From Schmidtea polychroa (Eukaryota), in NCBI GenBank assembly GCA_044892525.1, contig CM097887.1:62744001-62808000 (forward strand): DNA of 64,000 bases, in the 5' to 3' direction. Below the pieces are notes generated by a model, which made no database searches, was not told the DNA's origin, and was given only the letters and a program-made list of their open reading frames with translations. Numbering within the stretch: position 1 is the stretch's first letter; each line of letters begins with the position of its first letter. A program made the position numbers and the translations under genes. Shown one piece after another: positions 62,150 to 64,000 of this stretch.

Positions 62150-63070
62150 GCTAATGGTAGCCTAGTTTTGAGTTCATTTTGCTCTCATCGTCATCATGTA
62201 TAATACCACCTGGAATCGAAACCAATAACTTTATTTCAGGAGTCTGATCACAAAGTTGATGAGTTCAACTCCGGGTTACCTATACTAATAATACTAATGG
62301 GAGCCAAATAATCTCAAAAATTGTTTACCATATTAAATCGTATTCAATATCGCTTTAAAATTTCTATTTTATTCAGTTATTTATACGAAAACCAGAAACC
62401 ATATAATCAAATGAAACTAAAACACTGTTAACCTTAGAAAACATGGAAGGGACCAGAGTGGTCGAATTTAGTTGTACATCACAATCGCTTCTCTAAAGAA
62501 ATGTAATAATGTATATTGTTTGATTCTAAATTACTAATTGGATAAGTACTTGATTGTTCAAAAATAATTTGATTAATATTATCATTGTAAATAATTAGAA
62601 TATCAATAAAATAAAAATATTTTTTACTCATTTTCTTTAAGGTTAATTAGAAAATTAAAACTATTAAAATTTAATTTGTGGTTAACCCAAAATAAATTAA
62701 TAATAATACACACATCAACTTATCTGTGTGTTAATAATCTTGTTACGCTGGCAAACATCTTTATTATAGAATTCTAACTTGGCCATAGAAATAAATTGTT
62801 TCTCACCACAAAATTCTTATCATAAAATCAAGAAAAACGTGATAAAAAGCTACCAATTTAGTGATCAAAAAAATCATTGCGTTCTATAGCACCAAAAATG
62901 TTTTAAAAGATAAAGTTAAGCAAGCAGTTGGAGAATTTAAATTTTAAGATTGTGTCGAATTCATGTAAAGTACGCAATGTGTTTGTCAATGAGTCTAAAA
63001 CTAAGATTGGATTTTATTCTGATCTCGTTTATCAATTTACATATAATGGGTGTAATGAGAAAATTACAAT
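62150..63070 (+). pseudogene. Penelope-like element relic
   Basis: Broken-frame fragments SYHKIKKNVIKS and ESKTKIGFYSDLVYQFTYNGCN. Confidence 0.45.
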
Positions 63071-64000
63071 TTTACGAATAATATAAAATGAATAGAAAAA
63101 TCTAAAATATTGAAAGAAAATATTTGAGTTTTATTTGAATAAGCGCTTTACACAATAAAAAAAATTTTATGCGTTATATCTATGTTATAATCTGATGAGC
63201 AATATTGAAAATGCAGCTGTTTAAATTTTAATTTTAAACGTTTTATATAAAAAGTCGTTTATGTCACGGTCTAGTGAAACTGGATAAATGGCATCTTCAA
63301 AAGGTTTCTTTCAAGTTATTTTGAAATCAAGCAAACTTCAGTATAAAAACTAAATTTTCTACATAAATATATCAAAATAATAGGGTTGTGTTCATAGGGT
63401 CTGATGCAAATTTTTCAATTGACTGTGATAAAACTTGATTATAATTACATTATATAATCTGTAAGCATCAAAAATACAGTCATACTCCTTATGAGATAAA
63501 TCTAACTATTCATTTATCGTTAATATTGTAATTATTTGAAAATTTATATTATGAATATTAAGAATCTTAATATGACACAACCACGTTAATGCTTTAATTT
63601 ATCAAGCCACTAGAAATTTTTAACATTGGAGTTGATTTTTCGAATTAAGGCAGATGACTGAAGAACATTATCAGATTTTCATAAAAGTTTTAAGAAAATA
63701 CGAAGTAACAAATAATGAAGAAAATTACAAGATTAAAATGCAAACAGTATTCGTGAAACCGGTCAACTTAGCAAACTATTTAAACGATGCTTTAGCATAC
63801 AGTACGACATCGGGAATCGAGTAATAATTTTTTTAGAAAAACAGAAATATGCCAAAAATATTATAAGACAATTTAAATTTAAGAAGATTTTTTCTTCAAA
63901 ATGAGTTAGAAGATCAAGATGTAAAAATAGGTATAAAATGCTAGGTCTAAAACTTAGAAAAAATTTTAAAGAAAGTCAAAGAAAAAATTGAAAAATATGA

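Noticed and set aside
62028-63215. Further hammerhead cores at CTGATGA (about 62027 and 63193)
   Set aside because: No paired stem II followed by GAAA.

Overview
Very AT-rich eukaryotic (animal) genomic DNA with three assembly gaps (18649-18827, 19074-19226, 39692-39834). Bases 1-9845 are the right-hand ~10 kb of a Polinton/Maverick (adintovirus-like) endogenous virus. It carries the start of the packaging ATPase, an adenovirus pX-like core protein, an adenain-like protease, the penton, a fibre-like protein, a membrane protein and a protein-primed DNA polymerase B with three inactivating lesions, and ends in an (ACT)n terminus. The major capsid and integrase genes are not in the window. The rest is host DNA: a 13-exon ankyrin-ClpB (Skd3/CLPB) gene on +, a PTP1B/TCPTP-like tyrosine phosphatase gene on -, and Ig-domain exons. 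These sit among hAT, MULE, pogo/Tigger, Tc1, piggyBac, Merlin, Gypsy and Penelope relics; one MULE copy is intact. The most striking unexplained features are inside the Polinton: (i) an A-box/B-box/oligo-T Pol III unit beside the polymerase gene, reminiscent of adenovirus VA RNA; (ii) GC-rich mini-hairpin motifs repeated in frame in unrelated viral genes; (iii) a 261-bp segment bounded by inverted AGTAGT termini. Outside it are a strongly structured GC-rich island (11.45-11.6 kb) and a Penelope-associated hammerhead motif. All calls are by eye, with no database searches. The host may be a compact-intron parasite such as a myxozoan, but that is only an inference.
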